The notes beneath the pieces were generated by a model, which saw only the letters and a program-made list of their open reading frames with translations, was not told the DNA's origin and did not search any database. From the NCBI GenBank assembly GCA_002841865.1, contig PHBD01000006.1:112075-176074 (forward strand): a DNA stretch of 64,000 nucleotides, written 5' to 3'. This DNA comes from Deltaproteobacteria bacterium HGW-Deltaproteobacteria-19 (GTDB lineage Bacteria > Desulfobacterota > Syntrophia > Syntrophales > PHBD01). Positions 41,956 through 52,347 of the stretch are shown piece by piece. Made by a program: the position numbers and the translations under genes. How positions within the stretch are numbered: the stretch's first letter is position 1; every line of letters begins with the position of its first letter.

Positions 41956-42562
41956 AACGCCTTTTCCCTTTCTTTCATCCGGGAGGATGCTGAATGCCCG
42001 ACGAAGCCTCGGAAGCGGACGCTTCCGCCGTCTGTCGGCCGGTCCAGTCTGCGAGCGGTTTGTGTCTTGCAGGGGAAGAGTTTGTTGCCGGCATGCACAT
42101 GCAGGCTGGAAATTCATGTCGGGACCAGACAAATATCACCTGCCTCGAACATTGCAACACCTGATAATTATTTAATAATTACTGGCAATAAATAGGCATT
42201 GCCACTGTTGTTCGAGGTTCGGCCCGCTCTTTCCTGCCTGGGGCGTCACCGATAATTATTTGAAAATCTGGAAGAAGTCTCCGATGGGCTTCTCCCGGTT
42301 CCGGGAGTGCGTGGTTCCCGTATATGGATTGTTACCCGATCACTCCGGGGAGGCAAATCAGGAGGCGGGGATGGAAACAGACTTGACGGACTTTGCGCAC
42401 ATCGTTACTGTTGCCGGGCCGTGCGGGTTGACAGGAATGCCGGAGCGGTGAATTTTCAGAGACACGGCGGTTCCTGTAAAAAAATGGTTTCCGCCGGGTG
42501 TTTTGCTTTTCATGCCTTCGCATGGTTCTTCACACACGCAGCCGGCCGTTACGAGGAGGGAC

Positions 42563-43162
42563 ATGAAAATCCTGCTTGTCCTGGGTCATCCCGATCCGGG
42601 GAGTTTCAATCATGCCGTTGCCGCCGCCGCACGGGCAGCTCTGGAGGAGGGCGGCCATGACGTTGTCTTCCACGATCTGTGCACGGAGGGTTTCGATCCC
42701 CTGCTGCCCGCTGCGGAGATCGCCGCGACGGCTGCCCTTCCGGAGCCGATCCGGCGGCACTGCGAGGATCTCCGGTCCGCCGACGGGATCGTCATCGTCC
42801 ATCCCAACTGGTGGGGACAGCCGCCGGCGATTCTGAAAGGCTGGGTCGACCGGGTTGTCCGCCCGGGCGTGGCCTACCGGTTCGAGGAGGGGGACAGCGG
42901 CGAGGGGGTTCCCGTGGGCCTGCTGAAGGCGAAGGCGGCCGTCGTGTTCAACACCTCGAATACGATCGAGGACCGGGAACGGGCCGTCTTCGGCGATCCC
43001 CTGGAGGCCCTGTGGAGGCGTTGCATCTTCGACCTCTGCGGCGTCCGGGATTTCCATCGGAGAACGTTCAGAGTCGTGGTCACGAGCACGCTCGATCAGA
43101 GGCGGGCGTGGCTGGAGGAGGCGAAGATGATTTGCCGCCGCGTCTTCCGGGCGGGCGAATAA
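42563..43162 (+). CDS. Flavodoxin-fold NAD(P)H-dependent oxidoreductase (Flavodoxin_2)
   Basis: GHPDPGSFNHA, HPNWWGQPPAILKGWVDRV. AGGAGG RBS. Confidence 0.9.
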   Translation: MKILLVLGHPDPGSFNHAVAAAARAALEEGGHDVVFHDLCTEGFDPLLPAAEIAATAALPEPIRRHCEDLRSADGIVIVHPNWWGQPPAILKGWVDRVVRPGVAYRFEEGDSGEGVPVGLLKAKAAVVFNTSNTIEDRERAVFGDPLEALWRRCIFDLCGVRDFHRRTFRVVVTSTLDQRRAWLEEAKMICRRVFRAGE

Positions 43163-43250
43163 CGACGGGCGGCGGGCGGCATCACACAAGATTCCCGGAC
43201 CGGTGGATGCATCCGGCATGAAAACATCTGGAAGACGGGGAAAGGAATCC

Positions 43251-43892
43251 ATGAGCGATCTGAAACTGCGTGTTGCCGCCGGGCTGTTCGTCCTCGCCGC
43301 GTTGATTGTCTCCGGACTCGATCCTTATGACCGCGCCACCTGGCTCATGGAGGTCGCCCCCGTTCTGATGGCGGCGCCGATTCTGCTCGCAACGCACCGC
43401 CGCTTTCCCCTGACTTCCCTCCTTTTCTTCCTGCTCTGTGCCCATGCGCTGGTCCTGATCATGGGCGGCGCATACACCTATGCGCGGGTTCCCCTGGGGG
43501 CCTGGTTCCAGGAGCTCTTCGACCTGAGCAGAAACCCCTACGACAAACTCGGCCATTTCATGCAGGGATTCGTTCCCGCGCTCCTGGTGCGTGAGATCCT
43601 GCTCCGGGGCCGGTTCGTGAGGGGAAAGGGCATGGCTGCCTTTCTGTCGGTCTGTGTCGCCCTGGCCTTCAGCGCCGTCTATGAGCTGATCGAATGGTGG
43701 GCGGCGGTGGCCCTGGGGCAGGGGGCGGATGAGTTCCTGGGGACCCAGGGCGACCCCTGGGACACCCAGTCGGACATGTTCCTGGCGTTGATCGGAGCGA
43801 GCCTGGCGATGTTCACCCTGTCCTCTTTCCATGACCGGCAGATCGGGGCGCTGGAACGGGAGGCTGGCGGGGAGGCTCGGCGAAGCGGCTGA
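43251..43892 (+). CDS. DUF2238 (YjdF-like) membrane protein
   Basis: PYDRATWLME, YTYARVP, RNPYDKLGHF, YELIEW, FLGTQGDPWDTQSDM. Confidence 0.88.
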   Translation: MSDLKLRVAAGLFVLAALIVSGLDPYDRATWLMEVAPVLMAAPILLATHRRFPLTSLLFFLLCAHALVLIMGGAYTYARVPLGAWFQELFDLSRNPYDKLGHFMQGFVPALLVREILLRGRFVRGKGMAAFLSVCVALAFSAVYELIEWWAAVALGQGADEFLGTQGDPWDTQSDMFLALIGASLAMFTLSSFHDRQIGALEREAGGEARRSG

Positions 43893-44012
43893 TCCTTCCA
43901 ACCGCTCACCCCGGGGTGATGCGAGGAAGGAGGCATCGGTGCCACGCCGTCAGGGCCAGGCCCGCAAACGGGCAACGGGCAAACCGATGATTTGATTTCA
44001 CCGGAGAGAGAC

Positions 44013-45089
44013 ATGACCAGAGAGATCGAGTGGATTGAAATCGCCAGAACCGGCTGCATGCTGCTGGTCGTCCTCAGTCATGTACTGGACATATTTCTCT
44101 TCCACGGCGGTGAAGCGGCGCAGCCGTGGGAACTGGCCTTCCTCTGTTTCTCGCGTTTTGCGGTGCCCATGTTTTTCATCATCTCCGGCTTCCTGCTCCG
44201 GATCGAGTTCGATCGCTCTCCGGAGCCGGTCAGGTACGGCGAATTTCTCCGGCACAAGGTCGCAACGGTCCTGGCGCCGTTTTTCATCTGGAATGCGATT
44301 TACCTGGTCTTCGCCAGGGTGCTCATGGGCTGGCCCCTGTTCTCGGGGAGCGCGATGTTTGCTTTTCTGACCGGTTTCGTCCACCTGTATTTCGTCTTTG
44401 TCCTGTTCCAGTTTTTCCTTCTGTATCCGCTCCTGCACAGGCATCTCCAGGGACGTGGCCTGAATTGGGCTCTTGCGGTCTCCGTCGTCCTGTCCCTCGG
44501 GTTTTACGGGGTTTCGGAGTATGCCCTCTGGGTGTCCGGCATCTCCGAGCCGACCTTCGAGTGGCACTACGGAAAACTGTTTTTCGGGTGGAGCGCCTTC
44601 TTCATGACCGGCGTCTGGCTGGGAGCCAGGCCGGACCGTGTCGAGCTTCTGGCCGGGCACACGCTCTCGCTCTTCGTTCTCGGTTCGGTTCTCCTGGTGC
44701 CGTATTATTATGAAACATCCCGGCAGCTGGAGGTTTTTCATGTCTACGGCAGGGGGTATTTCCTTCTCTCCGGCTTTCCCTTCCATCTGGTGGGCGCCCT
44801 TTTCATGGTCGGGCTGCTCCGGAGCGTCGAGCGGTCATTCCGGAAAGGGCGCATCCTGAACTATCTGATCCGGAGCGGCGTGGACACCTTCGAGATTTAC
44901 ATCGTGCATTACCTGTTCCTGCTCCTGCTCGTCGCCGCATGGACCGGTCTCGGCCTGCCCGGGGCCCTGCTGGTGAAGATTCCCGTTCTTTTCCTCTGCG
45001 TGTGGCTGCTGTCGCACGGGTTCGCCGGACTTCGCCGGCGGCCGTCCCTGGCCGGGGCGGGAAAGCTGTTTTTTGGCCACAGGGACTGA
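44013..45089 (+). CDS. Acyltransferase 3 family membrane protein
   Basis: IEIAR...VVLSH, RFAVPMFFIISGF, HLYFVFVLFQF, FEIYIVH. Confidence 0.85.
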   Translation: MTREIEWIEIARTGCMLLVVLSHVLDIFLFHGGEAAQPWELAFLCFSRFAVPMFFIISGFLLRIEFDRSPEPVRYGEFLRHKVATVLAPFFIWNAIYLVFARVLMGWPLFSGSAMFAFLTGFVHLYFVFVLFQFFLLYPLLHRHLQGRGLNWALAVSVVLSLGFYGVSEYALWVSGISEPTFEWHYGKLFFGWSAFFMTGVWLGARPDRVELLAGHTLSLFVLGSVLLVPYYYETSRQLEVFHVYGRGYFLLSGFPFHLVGALFMVGLLRSVERSFRKGRILNYLIRSGVDTFEIYIVHYLFLLLLVAAWTGLGLPGALLVKIPVLFLCVWLLSHGFAGLRRRPSLAGAGKLFFGHRD

Positions 45090-45196
45090 ACGATCCGGCG
45101 CCGGAGGCGCAGGTACCTGTTCCATCTAAAAGTGAATCAGGTATGTTCCGGAACCGGCAGGCGAGATAGAATCGTCGATAAAAACGAGGAGGAAAC

Positions 45197-46555
45197 ATGC
45201 TGGAAGAGAAGCTTGCCGCATATGTCGCGGAGACTGCATTTTCGGAAATGGACGAACAGAAGGTCCATATCCTCAAGCGGAACATTCTCGATTCCTATGC
45301 GGGAATCTGCATGTCCCTCAAGGATGTCGACATGCTCGGAAAATTCGACGCCATGACCTCCCTGACTCCGGCGGAGAAAGGGCTGGCCGTCTGGGGGCTT
45401 CAGCGCAAGGCGAACACCTCGAATGCCGTTTTCATGAATACGATCCTGGGACGGCGGAGCGACCTGGTCAATACGTATCTTCCTCCGAACGGAATGGGGG
45501 GGTGCCACCCGTCGGACAACGTGTCGCTTGTCCTCTCCATGGCCGACTGGCTGAAGAAGAGCGGGAAGGATGTCCTGTCCCTGATGCATGTCGCCTATCT
45601 TCTGTCGTGCTCTTTCACGGATTATTATCACCCCGAGGAAAGCAGCTACGATCACGACACCCCGGCGCTCTTCTACCTTTCCCTGACCATCGGATGCGCC
45701 ATGGGCCTGTCCGTCGCCCAACTGACGGAGGCGCAGCGGATCGCCGGCATGCTGGGGCTGGACATCAACCAGGCCGCCATGGGTGAGGTCACGGACTGGA
45801 AGCACTGCACGTACGCATCCTGCGCCATGCGCGCACTCCATGCCGTCAAGATGGCCTACGCCGGTTTCCAGGGTCCGAGAGACATCTACGATGGCGAGGC
45901 GGGAATCAACCGGTTCCTTCCCCATGCCGGGTCCATCCTGGATCCTCCACCCGACCTGGAATCCATTGTCTTCAAGCGCTGGCCGGCGCTGGTTTTCTGC
46001 CAGACGCCCATCGACGCGGCCATTGAAATCGCCGGACGGATAAACGATCCGGAAGCGATCGACCGGGTTCTGGTCCATACATACAAAAAAGCGATCGAGG
46101 AGGCGGACGGCGAAGCCGCCTATCGGCCCGTGAGCCGGGCGGGCCGGACCCATTCGCTTCCCTATTGCGTGGCGGCGGCGCTCGTGAAGAAGACCATCGA
46201 ATATGAATATTTCAATGACGACTTCCTCGAAAAAGAAGAGGCCGTGGCCCGCCTGATTCCGAAGATCGCCGTGGCCGAAGACGTCCACATGACCCGGACC
46301 TATCCCGACGGCTCGCCCTGCCGGATTGCGGTGACGCTGAAAAACGGGGAGACGATCCGCCTCGACCGCGATTTCCCCCGCGGGGATCCCCACGATCCGC
46401 TGACGGACCGGGAGATCGAAGAGAAGGTGGAAGGGAGCATGTCCCATCTCGTCAACCGGGATGTGGCGCGCTCAATCATCGGAAGGGTATGGGAACTGGA
46501 GAAGGAGGGCTCCATCGACTGGCTGGTGGCACCTCTGAAACGGCGTGTTCTATAA
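45197..46555 (+). CDS. MmgE/PrpD family protein
   Basis: ILDSY, GGCHPSDN, THSLPYCVAAAL, PRGDPHDPLT. Confidence 0.85.
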   Translation: MLEEKLAAYVAETAFSEMDEQKVHILKRNILDSYAGICMSLKDVDMLGKFDAMTSLTPAEKGLAVWGLQRKANTSNAVFMNTILGRRSDLVNTYLPPNGMGGCHPSDNVSLVLSMADWLKKSGKDVLSLMHVAYLLSCSFTDYYHPEESSYDHDTPALFYLSLTIGCAMGLSVAQLTEAQRIAGMLGLDINQAAMGEVTDWKHCTYASCAMRALHAVKMAYAGFQGPRDIYDGEAGINRFLPHAGSILDPPPDLESIVFKRWPALVFCQTPIDAAIEIAGRINDPEAIDRVLVHTYKKAIEEADGEAAYRPVSRAGRTHSLPYCVAAALVKKTIEYEYFNDDFLEKEEAVARLIPKIAVAEDVHMTRTYPDGSPCRIAVTLKNGETIRLDRDFPRGDPHDPLTDREIEEKVEGSMSHLVNRDVARSIIGRVWELEKEGSIDWLVAPLKRRVL

Positions 46556-46575
46556 ACGAGATGGAGGGAAATGGT

Positions 46576-46974
46576 ATGAAAAAACAGGCGATTGAATCGG
46601 TTGCGGATATCGAGAGGTTCTTTGACGCCTTTAACCGCCGGGACTGGGAAATGGTGTTTCAATTCGTGAGAGACGACTGCGTCTGGGAGGCATCCGAAAA
46701 GCGCCTGGAAGGCAGAAAAAATATGCTTGATTACTGGACGCAGGATCACGTTTCCTTCCGGGAGACGTTGGGCATGCCGGAAAAGGTTGTATTCGGCGAC
46801 CGGACGGTTTATCTTCAGGTGAAGATTCGCCTGGATTTCCTGGAAGACGGCTTTTTTTTCGGAAAGTCTTACCGGAAGGGAGAGACGATTGACTTCTCCT
46901 GCGCCGATTTCTATGAGCTCGACGAAGATGGGAAAATCAGGGCCGGCCGCGTTTTTACCCGGTTCAATCCCTGA
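46576..46974 (+). CDS. SnoaL/NTF2-like fold protein
   Basis: 132 aa; FFDAFNRRDWE...DDCVW...EGR...DFYELDEDGKI. Confidence 0.75.
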   Translation: MKKQAIESVADIERFFDAFNRRDWEMVFQFVRDDCVWEASEKRLEGRKNMLDYWTQDHVSFRETLGMPEKVVFGDRTVYLQVKIRLDFLEDGFFFGKSYRKGETIDFSCADFYELDEDGKIRAGRVFTRFNP

Positions 46975-47195
46975 AGCCCCCGGTTTATCCTTCCCCGGAG
47001 CGCCTTTGACTCCGGAGACGGATCTCCTGACGTACATCTACCTGCCGAGAAAATAAGAGATGAAGATGTTTTGCCCGGGCTGCCGGCCGGGACGTTCCAG
47101 GCGATGGAATCAGGAGCGGATCATCGTGGATGAACGATGGAGCGATCCAGGGAATCTGCGCCTGACCGGGCGGTTCCGATGAACGAAAAACAGAA

Positions 47196-49667
47196 GTGAA
47201 AGGTACCGGAGCTTTGGACGATTCCGTTGACAGGCATTCCGACGAGACGATTCGCAAAAAGGCCGCGAATTCCGGGAAGGGTGCGGATGCAGCCTCGTCC
47301 GACCTGCAGACGCTCGTTCAGAGGCTGGAGCACGAAATCGCCGAACGGCGACGTGTCGAGGAGGCGTTGCGGGAGAGTGAGGAACTGTACCGCCAGGCGT
47401 TCGAGCAATCGAATGACGGCATCGTCATCACCCAGGACGGGCGCTACGTATTCATCAACCAGGTCTTCCTCCGGACCATCGGCCGTAGCATGGAGGAACT
47501 CCTCGGCAAGACCCTGGGGGCCTTCGTCCACCCCGATGACCGGGAAAGGCTCGCTGACTATGCCCGGAGGCGGCGGGCCGGGGAACCGGCACCATCGAAC
47601 TACGAGCTTCGGATCATTCGGAGCGATGGGTCGTTGGTGCAGGTCGACGTCAACGTCATCGAGGTTGTCTACAAGGGAGGCAGGGCTTTTCTTGCCTACC
47701 TGCGGGACATCACCGAGAGAAAGAAGGCGGAAGAGCAGCTTCGGCAGAGTGAGGAAAAGTACCGGCACCTGGTCGATCATGCACCCGCCGGAATATACCA
47801 GGTCGATTTCCGCTCACGGCGGTTCATCAGCGTCAACGACGTCATGTGCCAGTACACGGGCTATACGCGGGACGAATTCCTGACCCTGGACCCGCTTCGG
47901 ATCCTGACGGAGGACTCCCTGGAACCCTTCCTGAAAAGGATGGCCGATGTCATGGAGGGAATTCCGATCTCCGATTCGGTGGAATACAAGATCCGGGGCA
48001 AGAATGGACGGGAGTTCTGGGTCCTGCTTCACAACAGCTTCCTTTACGAGGAGGGAAGGCCCGTCATCTCCACGGTGATCATCCACGACATTACGGAGCG
48101 GAGGCAGACGGAGCAGGCCCTCCGGGAAAGCGAAGAACGCTACCGCACCCTGGTCGAGACGTCGCCCGATTCCATCATCCTGTATTCGTTGACCGGAGAG
48201 ATCCTCGCCGCAAGCGGCCAGACTGCCGCAATGTATGGTGCGTCGAGCACAGCGGAGTTTATGAAAGAAGTCAGGACGGTCTTCGACCTCCTGACTGATG
48301 AAGGCCGTGAGAAGGCGGCGGCAAACTTCAGCCGTACGCTGGCAAAGGGGCATTCGGAGAAAAACGAGTACCGTATCCGGCTCCGCGATCAGAGCCAGAT
48401 CGACGTGGAGATCAATTCATCCCTCGTCCGGGACGCCTCCGGGGAGCCGCGGGCCTTCATCAGCGTGGTCCGTGACATCACGGACCGCAAGCGGGCGGAG
48501 GAGGAGCGGGAGCGGCTCCAGATGCAGCTTCTCCAGGCCCAGAAAATGGAGTCGGTGGGGCGCCTGGCGGGAGGAGTGGCCCATGACTTCAACAACATCC
48601 TCGCCGCGGTCATGGGGTACACAGAGATGTCCCTGCTCTTGGCGACGCCGGGAACGAAGCTGCACCAAAACCTGCAGGAGATCCTCAAGGCAGCCGGACG
48701 GTCGGCGGATCTCACCGGCCAGCTCCTGGCCTTCGCCCGCAGGCAGGTGACGAGCCCGAAGGTGCTGAACCTGAACGACACCGTCGGCGGCATGCTGAAG
48801 ATGCTGCAGCGACTGATCGGCGAGGATGTCGAACTGGCCTGGATTCCGGGCCACGATCTGTGGAACGTGAGGATCGACACTTCCCAGGTCGACCAGGTGC
48901 TGGCCAACCTTCTGGTCAATGCCCGGGACGCCATCTCCGGGGCGGGGCGGGTGACCATCGAGACGCGCAACCTGGAGGTGGACGAGGGCTTTATCGCCCG
49001 CCACGGAGAATTTGCCCCCGGCGGGTATGTGCTTCTTTCCGTCAGCGACACCGGATGCGGCATGGACCGGGAGACCCTGGAACACGTCTTCGAGCCGTTT
49101 TTTACTACCAAGGAAATCGGAAAGGGAACAGGCCTGGGGCTGGCAATGGTCTTCGGGATCGTCCGGCAGAACGAGGGATTCATCCACGCCTACAGTGAAC
49201 CGGGGCAGGGCACGACCTTCCGGATCTATCTGCCCCGGGTTGCGTCCGCCCGGCCTGAGCAGTCTCAGCCGGGTGAGGCGGTGAAACCGCGGCGGGGCGA
49301 GGAGACGATCCTGCTTGCGGAAGACGACGAGGCCGTTCTCATGCTGACCCGGAGCGTGCTCGAGGCCCTGGGCTATCGGGTCATAACGGCCGGTACACCG
49401 GACCGGGCGATCCAGGTGGTCGGGGAGTCCAAGGAAACCATCCATCTGCTCCTGACCGATGTGGTCATGCCGGGTATGAACGGAAGAGACCTGGCCGAGC
49501 GCCTGGTTTCCCTCCGTCCGGGCCTGAAGTGCCTGTTCATGTCAGGCTATCCGGCCGATGTCATCGCCCACCATGGAATCCTGGAAGAGGGCATTCACTT
49601 CGTCCAGAAACCATTTTCGATCCAGGCTCTCTCCGAGGCGGTGCGCCGCGTGCTCGATCAGGAATGA
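47196..49667 (+). CDS. Cytoplasmic hybrid histidine kinase (3 PAS, HisKA, HATPase, REC)
   Basis: Three PAS/PAC repeats ending (R/H)[34 protein letters not shown]. Start uncertain. Confidence 0.9.
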   Translation: MKGTGALDDSVDRHSDETIRKKAANSGKGADAASSDLQTLVQRLEHEIAERRRVEEALRESEELYRQAFEQSNDGIVITQDGRYVFINQVFLRTIGRSMEELLGKTLGAFVHPDDRERLADYARRRRAGEPAPSNYELRIIRSDGSLVQVDVNVIEVVYKGGRAFLAYLRDITERKKAEEQLRQSEEKYRHLVDHAPAGIYQVDFRSRRFISVNDVMCQYTGYTRDEFLTLDPLRILTEDSLEPFLKRMADVMEGIPISDSVEYKIRGKNGREFWVLLHNSFLYEEGRPVISTVIIHDITERRQTEQALRESEERYRTLVETSPDSIILYSLTGEILAASGQTAAMYGASSTAEFMKEVRTVFDLLTDEGREKAAANFSRTLAKGHSEKNEYRIRLRDQSQIDVEINSSLVRDASGEPRAFISVVRDITDRKRAEEERERLQMQLLQAQKMESVGRLAGGVAHDFNNILAAVMGYTEMSLLLATPGTKLHQNLQEILKAAGRSADLTGQLLAFARRQVTSPKVLNLNDTVGGMLKMLQRLIGEDVELAWIPGHDLWNVRIDTSQVDQVLANLLVNARDAISGAGRVTIETRNLEVDEGFIARHGEFAPGGYVLLSVSDTGCGMDRETLEHVFEPFFTTKEIGKGTGLGLAMVFGIVRQNEGFIHAYSEPGQGTTFRIYLPRVASARPEQSQPGEAVKPRRGEETILLAEDDEAVLMLTRSVLEALGYRVITAGTPDRAIQVVGESKETIHLLLTDVVMPGMNGRDLAERLVSLRPGLKCLFMSGYPADVIAHHGILEEGIHFVQKPFSIQALSEAVRRVLDQE

Positions 49668-49881
49668 TGGAGGCCCTTTCCTTTCCAGGGCCTCAGGAAC
49701 GTTGGGCCGTCGGGTGTGCCCTTCGCGGCGAAGTCGCCTGGTTGCTGTCGGAGGGGGTAATGAGTTTACCGGAAGGACCGTATCGCGGCGGTTCTGCACG
49801 AGCAAAGGAGAATCGGCAAACCAGGCCGGTGAAAGCGACGGACTCAGGAGCCGTCGGTCAAATCAGTCAGGAGGTGTCGCC

Positions 49882-50418
49882 ATGAAAAAGATTGTGTCGA
49901 TCATGTTGATTTCTTTCCTCGTCATCGGTTTTTCGGCCGTCGCTTATGCAGACCTGGACGTCTTTCTCCGCGACCTGAACGTCCAGGCCAAGGCCGACAT
50001 GGGCGGCTTCAGCGCCAGGGTGAGTGCGCAGTTCGGCGTGCCCGTACCGAGGGTCCATGCCATCATCAAGTCCGTGGACAACCCCGCCGACGCCTTCATG
50101 TGCTTCGAGATCGGGCGGATGACGGGACGAGCACCGGATGCGGTCGTGACTACGTACAGACGCCACAAGGGGAAAGGCTGGGGCGTCATTGCCAAGGAAA
50201 TGGGCATCAAGCCCGGATCCGCCGAATTTCATGCCCTCAAGCGGGGAGATCTCACACTGACGGGGAAACCGGGCGGACCAGGCGGAAAGGGACCGGGGAA
50301 GAAAGAGAAGGTCAAGGGCAAGGGAAAGTGGAAAGACCGTGACGACTCCCGGGACTTCGATGATGACGACCGGGGGCCCGGAAAAGGTCGGGGACAGGGG
50401 CGAGGCCAGAACCGCTGA
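49882..50418 (+). CDS. Secreted hypothetical protein with a Gly/Lys-rich tail
   Basis: AGGAGG RBS, signal peptide, KGKGWGVIAKEMGIKPGSAEFHALK, low-complexity C-terminus. Confidence 0.75.
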   Translation: MKKIVSIMLISFLVIGFSAVAYADLDVFLRDLNVQAKADMGGFSARVSAQFGVPVPRVHAIIKSVDNPADAFMCFEIGRMTGRAPDAVVTTYRRHKGKGWGVIAKEMGIKPGSAEFHALKRGDLTLTGKPGGPGGKGPGKKEKVKGKGKWKDRDDSRDFDDDDRGPGKGRGQGRGQNR

Positions 50419-50511
50419 GGCTCCCGGTTAGTCGGGACGGGGCAGGGCAGGGCGGACAGGTTCCGGCCGGCGCGGCGACAGGAGCTGAAAACCCTTGAAG
50501 AGAGAGGGACC

Positions 50512-50916
50512 ATGAAGCTGGAAGAACAGATCGATCAGGCCCTGGCGACGCTCCTGCCGGGACATCTCGGGATACGGATCGAGAAGGCCTCCCCGGAGGA
50601 GGTCGTCGGTTCGCTGATCGTCGAGGAGCGCCTGTGCACGTACGGCGGCATCCTCCACGGTGGGTCCGTCATGGCCCTGGCAGACACGCTGGGCGGCGTC
50701 GGGGCCTTCCTGAATCTTCCGCCCGACAGGCGGACCTCGACGGTGGAATCCAAGACGAACTTCGTCCGGGCAGCAAAGATCGGGACGAAGGTGACGGCGA
50801 CGAGCCGGCTCATGAACAAGGGACGGACGCTGACGCTCTGGCAGACGGAGGTGCGGGACGCCGAAGGAAACCTGCTGGCCCTGGTTTCCCAGACGCAAAT
50901 GGTCGTTCCGGCCTGA
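50512..50916 (+). CDS. PaaI family thioesterase
   Basis: GILHGGSVMALADTLGG, STVESKTNF. Confidence 0.9.
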   Translation: MKLEEQIDQALATLLPGHLGIRIEKASPEEVVGSLIVEERLCTYGGILHGGSVMALADTLGGVGAFLNLPPDRRTSTVESKTNFVRAAKIGTKVTATSRLMNKGRTLTLWQTEVRDAEGNLLALVSQTQMVVPA

Positions 50917-51008
50917 GGAAGCGGGCGGTTTCCTTGTCAGGCCGGGAACGCGGCGCCCCTGCCGTTACAGGCCGGAAGGGGCGCCTCATTCTTCCTTTTT
51001 TTATCGCT

Positions 51009-51545
51009 CTATGCGGCCGGACCGGTTACGAAGCCCTTGGACGGGGGGCCCGTGTCTGCCGGCGTCCCAGCGATCTGGGCAAGGTAGGCGGCTCCGAGCT
51101 TCTTCAGGTGATCGCTCACGTTGTCGAAGTAGTTGAAGTGGATCTGCTCCTCGTCGTTGATGGTCTCGAAGAGCTTCATGCTGATGCTGTCCCCGTTTTC
51201 CCGGCATACCAGGAGGAACTGGTTGTAGGCGTCGATGGTGTCGTCTTCCAGGTTGGAATTGAAAGAAAAGACGGCCTCCACCTTCTGTCCCTTCTGCACC
51301 TTCGAGGCGAGGTCCGTCGTCGGCTCCCCGCCCAGCTCCTTGATCCGCTCGGCGAACATCTCGGCGTGGCGCATCTCGTCGATGGCGATCAGCTTGATCT
51401 TCGCCGCCAGTTCCCCATAATCCTGGTCGTCCAGGTTGTAGTGCTGGTTCATGTACTGGTGGATGGCCATCAGTTCCATGGACCGCGCCTTGTTCAGAAC
51501 TTCAACGACCTTCTTCCGCCGCTGTTCCTTGCTGCCTTGTGCCAT
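51009..51545 (-). CDS. bfr: Bacterioferritin (Desulfovibrio type)
   Basis: VLNKARSMELMAIHQYMNQHY, IDEMRHAE (heme Met), EEQIH ferroxidase ligands. Confidence 0.92.
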   Translation of the reverse strand: MAQGSKEQRRKKVVEVLNKARSMELMAIHQYMNQHYNLDDQDYGELAAKIKLIAIDEMRHAEMFAERIKELGGEPTTDLASKVQKGQKVEAVFSFNSNLEDDTIDAYNQFLLVCRENGDSISMKLFETINDEEQIHFNYFDNVSDHLKKLGAAYLAQIAGTPADTGPPSKGFVTGPAA

Positions 51546-51693
51546 AAGGACCCCCTTTCCAGCCTGCGTTGGATGATCTCCCGTCGATAGAGACAAGAAC
51601 CGCTGTTCGTGCTATGCAACTCCCCCAGAACCGGGGAACCGATGACTCCCTCATGATCCCTAACGGACCGACACTCACTATAACAGAAAGGGG

Positions 51694-52248
51694 ATGCAGA
51701 TGAAAAGAGTCCTACTGTTGATTGATATCCAGAACGATTATTTTCCCGGCGGCAAGATGGAGCTGTCCGGGAGCGCCGGGGCCGGTGAGAAAGCCGGGGT
51801 CCTGCTGGCGGCGTTCCGGAGCCGGGACCTCCCGGTGGTCCACATCCAGCACGTGTCGATCCGCCCGGGATCCTCGTTTTTTCTGCCCGATACGGAAGGC
51901 GTACAGGTCCATGCCTCCGTCCAGCCGCGGGAGGGAGAGGCGCTCTTTCAGAAATATTACCCCAACAGCTTTCGCGAGACCCCTCTGCTGGAGCACCTGC
52001 GCCGGCTTGAAGCCAGGCAGCTCTTCATCGCCGGGATGATGACCCACATGTGCGTCGATTCCACCGTGCGTGCGGCCTTCGACCTGGGCTTCGCCTGCAG
52101 CCTGGCCCACGACGCCTGTGCCACGCGCAGCCTGTCCTTCGGGAACATCGTGGTGCCTGCGGAGTACGTCCACGCCTCCCACATCGCCGCCCTCCACGGC
52201 ATTTTCTGCAAGGCCGCCACCGTGGAAGAACTATGTGCCGGTCTTTGA
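51694..52248 (+). CDS. Cysteine hydrolase (isochorismatase family)
   Basis: LIDIQNDYF, KYYPNSF, GMMTHMCVDST. Confidence 0.9.
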   Translation: MQMKRVLLLIDIQNDYFPGGKMELSGSAGAGEKAGVLLAAFRSRDLPVVHIQHVSIRPGSSFFLPDTEGVQVHASVQPREGEALFQKYYPNSFRETPLLEHLRRLEARQLFIAGMMTHMCVDSTVRAAFDLGFACSLAHDACATRSLSFGNIVVPAEYVHASHIAALHGIFCKAATVEELCAGL

Positions 52249-52347
52249 GACGGAATCGCGGGCAGGCAGGAAACCGATGTGTTCGGGGGGAATCGGCCCG
52301 TTTCCGGACCGGCCTGCGCCGGAGAAACGATAAAGGAGGAATCCAGA

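Noticed and set aside
49800-49880. GGCAAACC...GAAA upstream of the secreted protein, resembling a c-di-GMP-I riboswitch
   Set aside because: No matching P2 pairing and no GACGCAAAG/P3 element follows.
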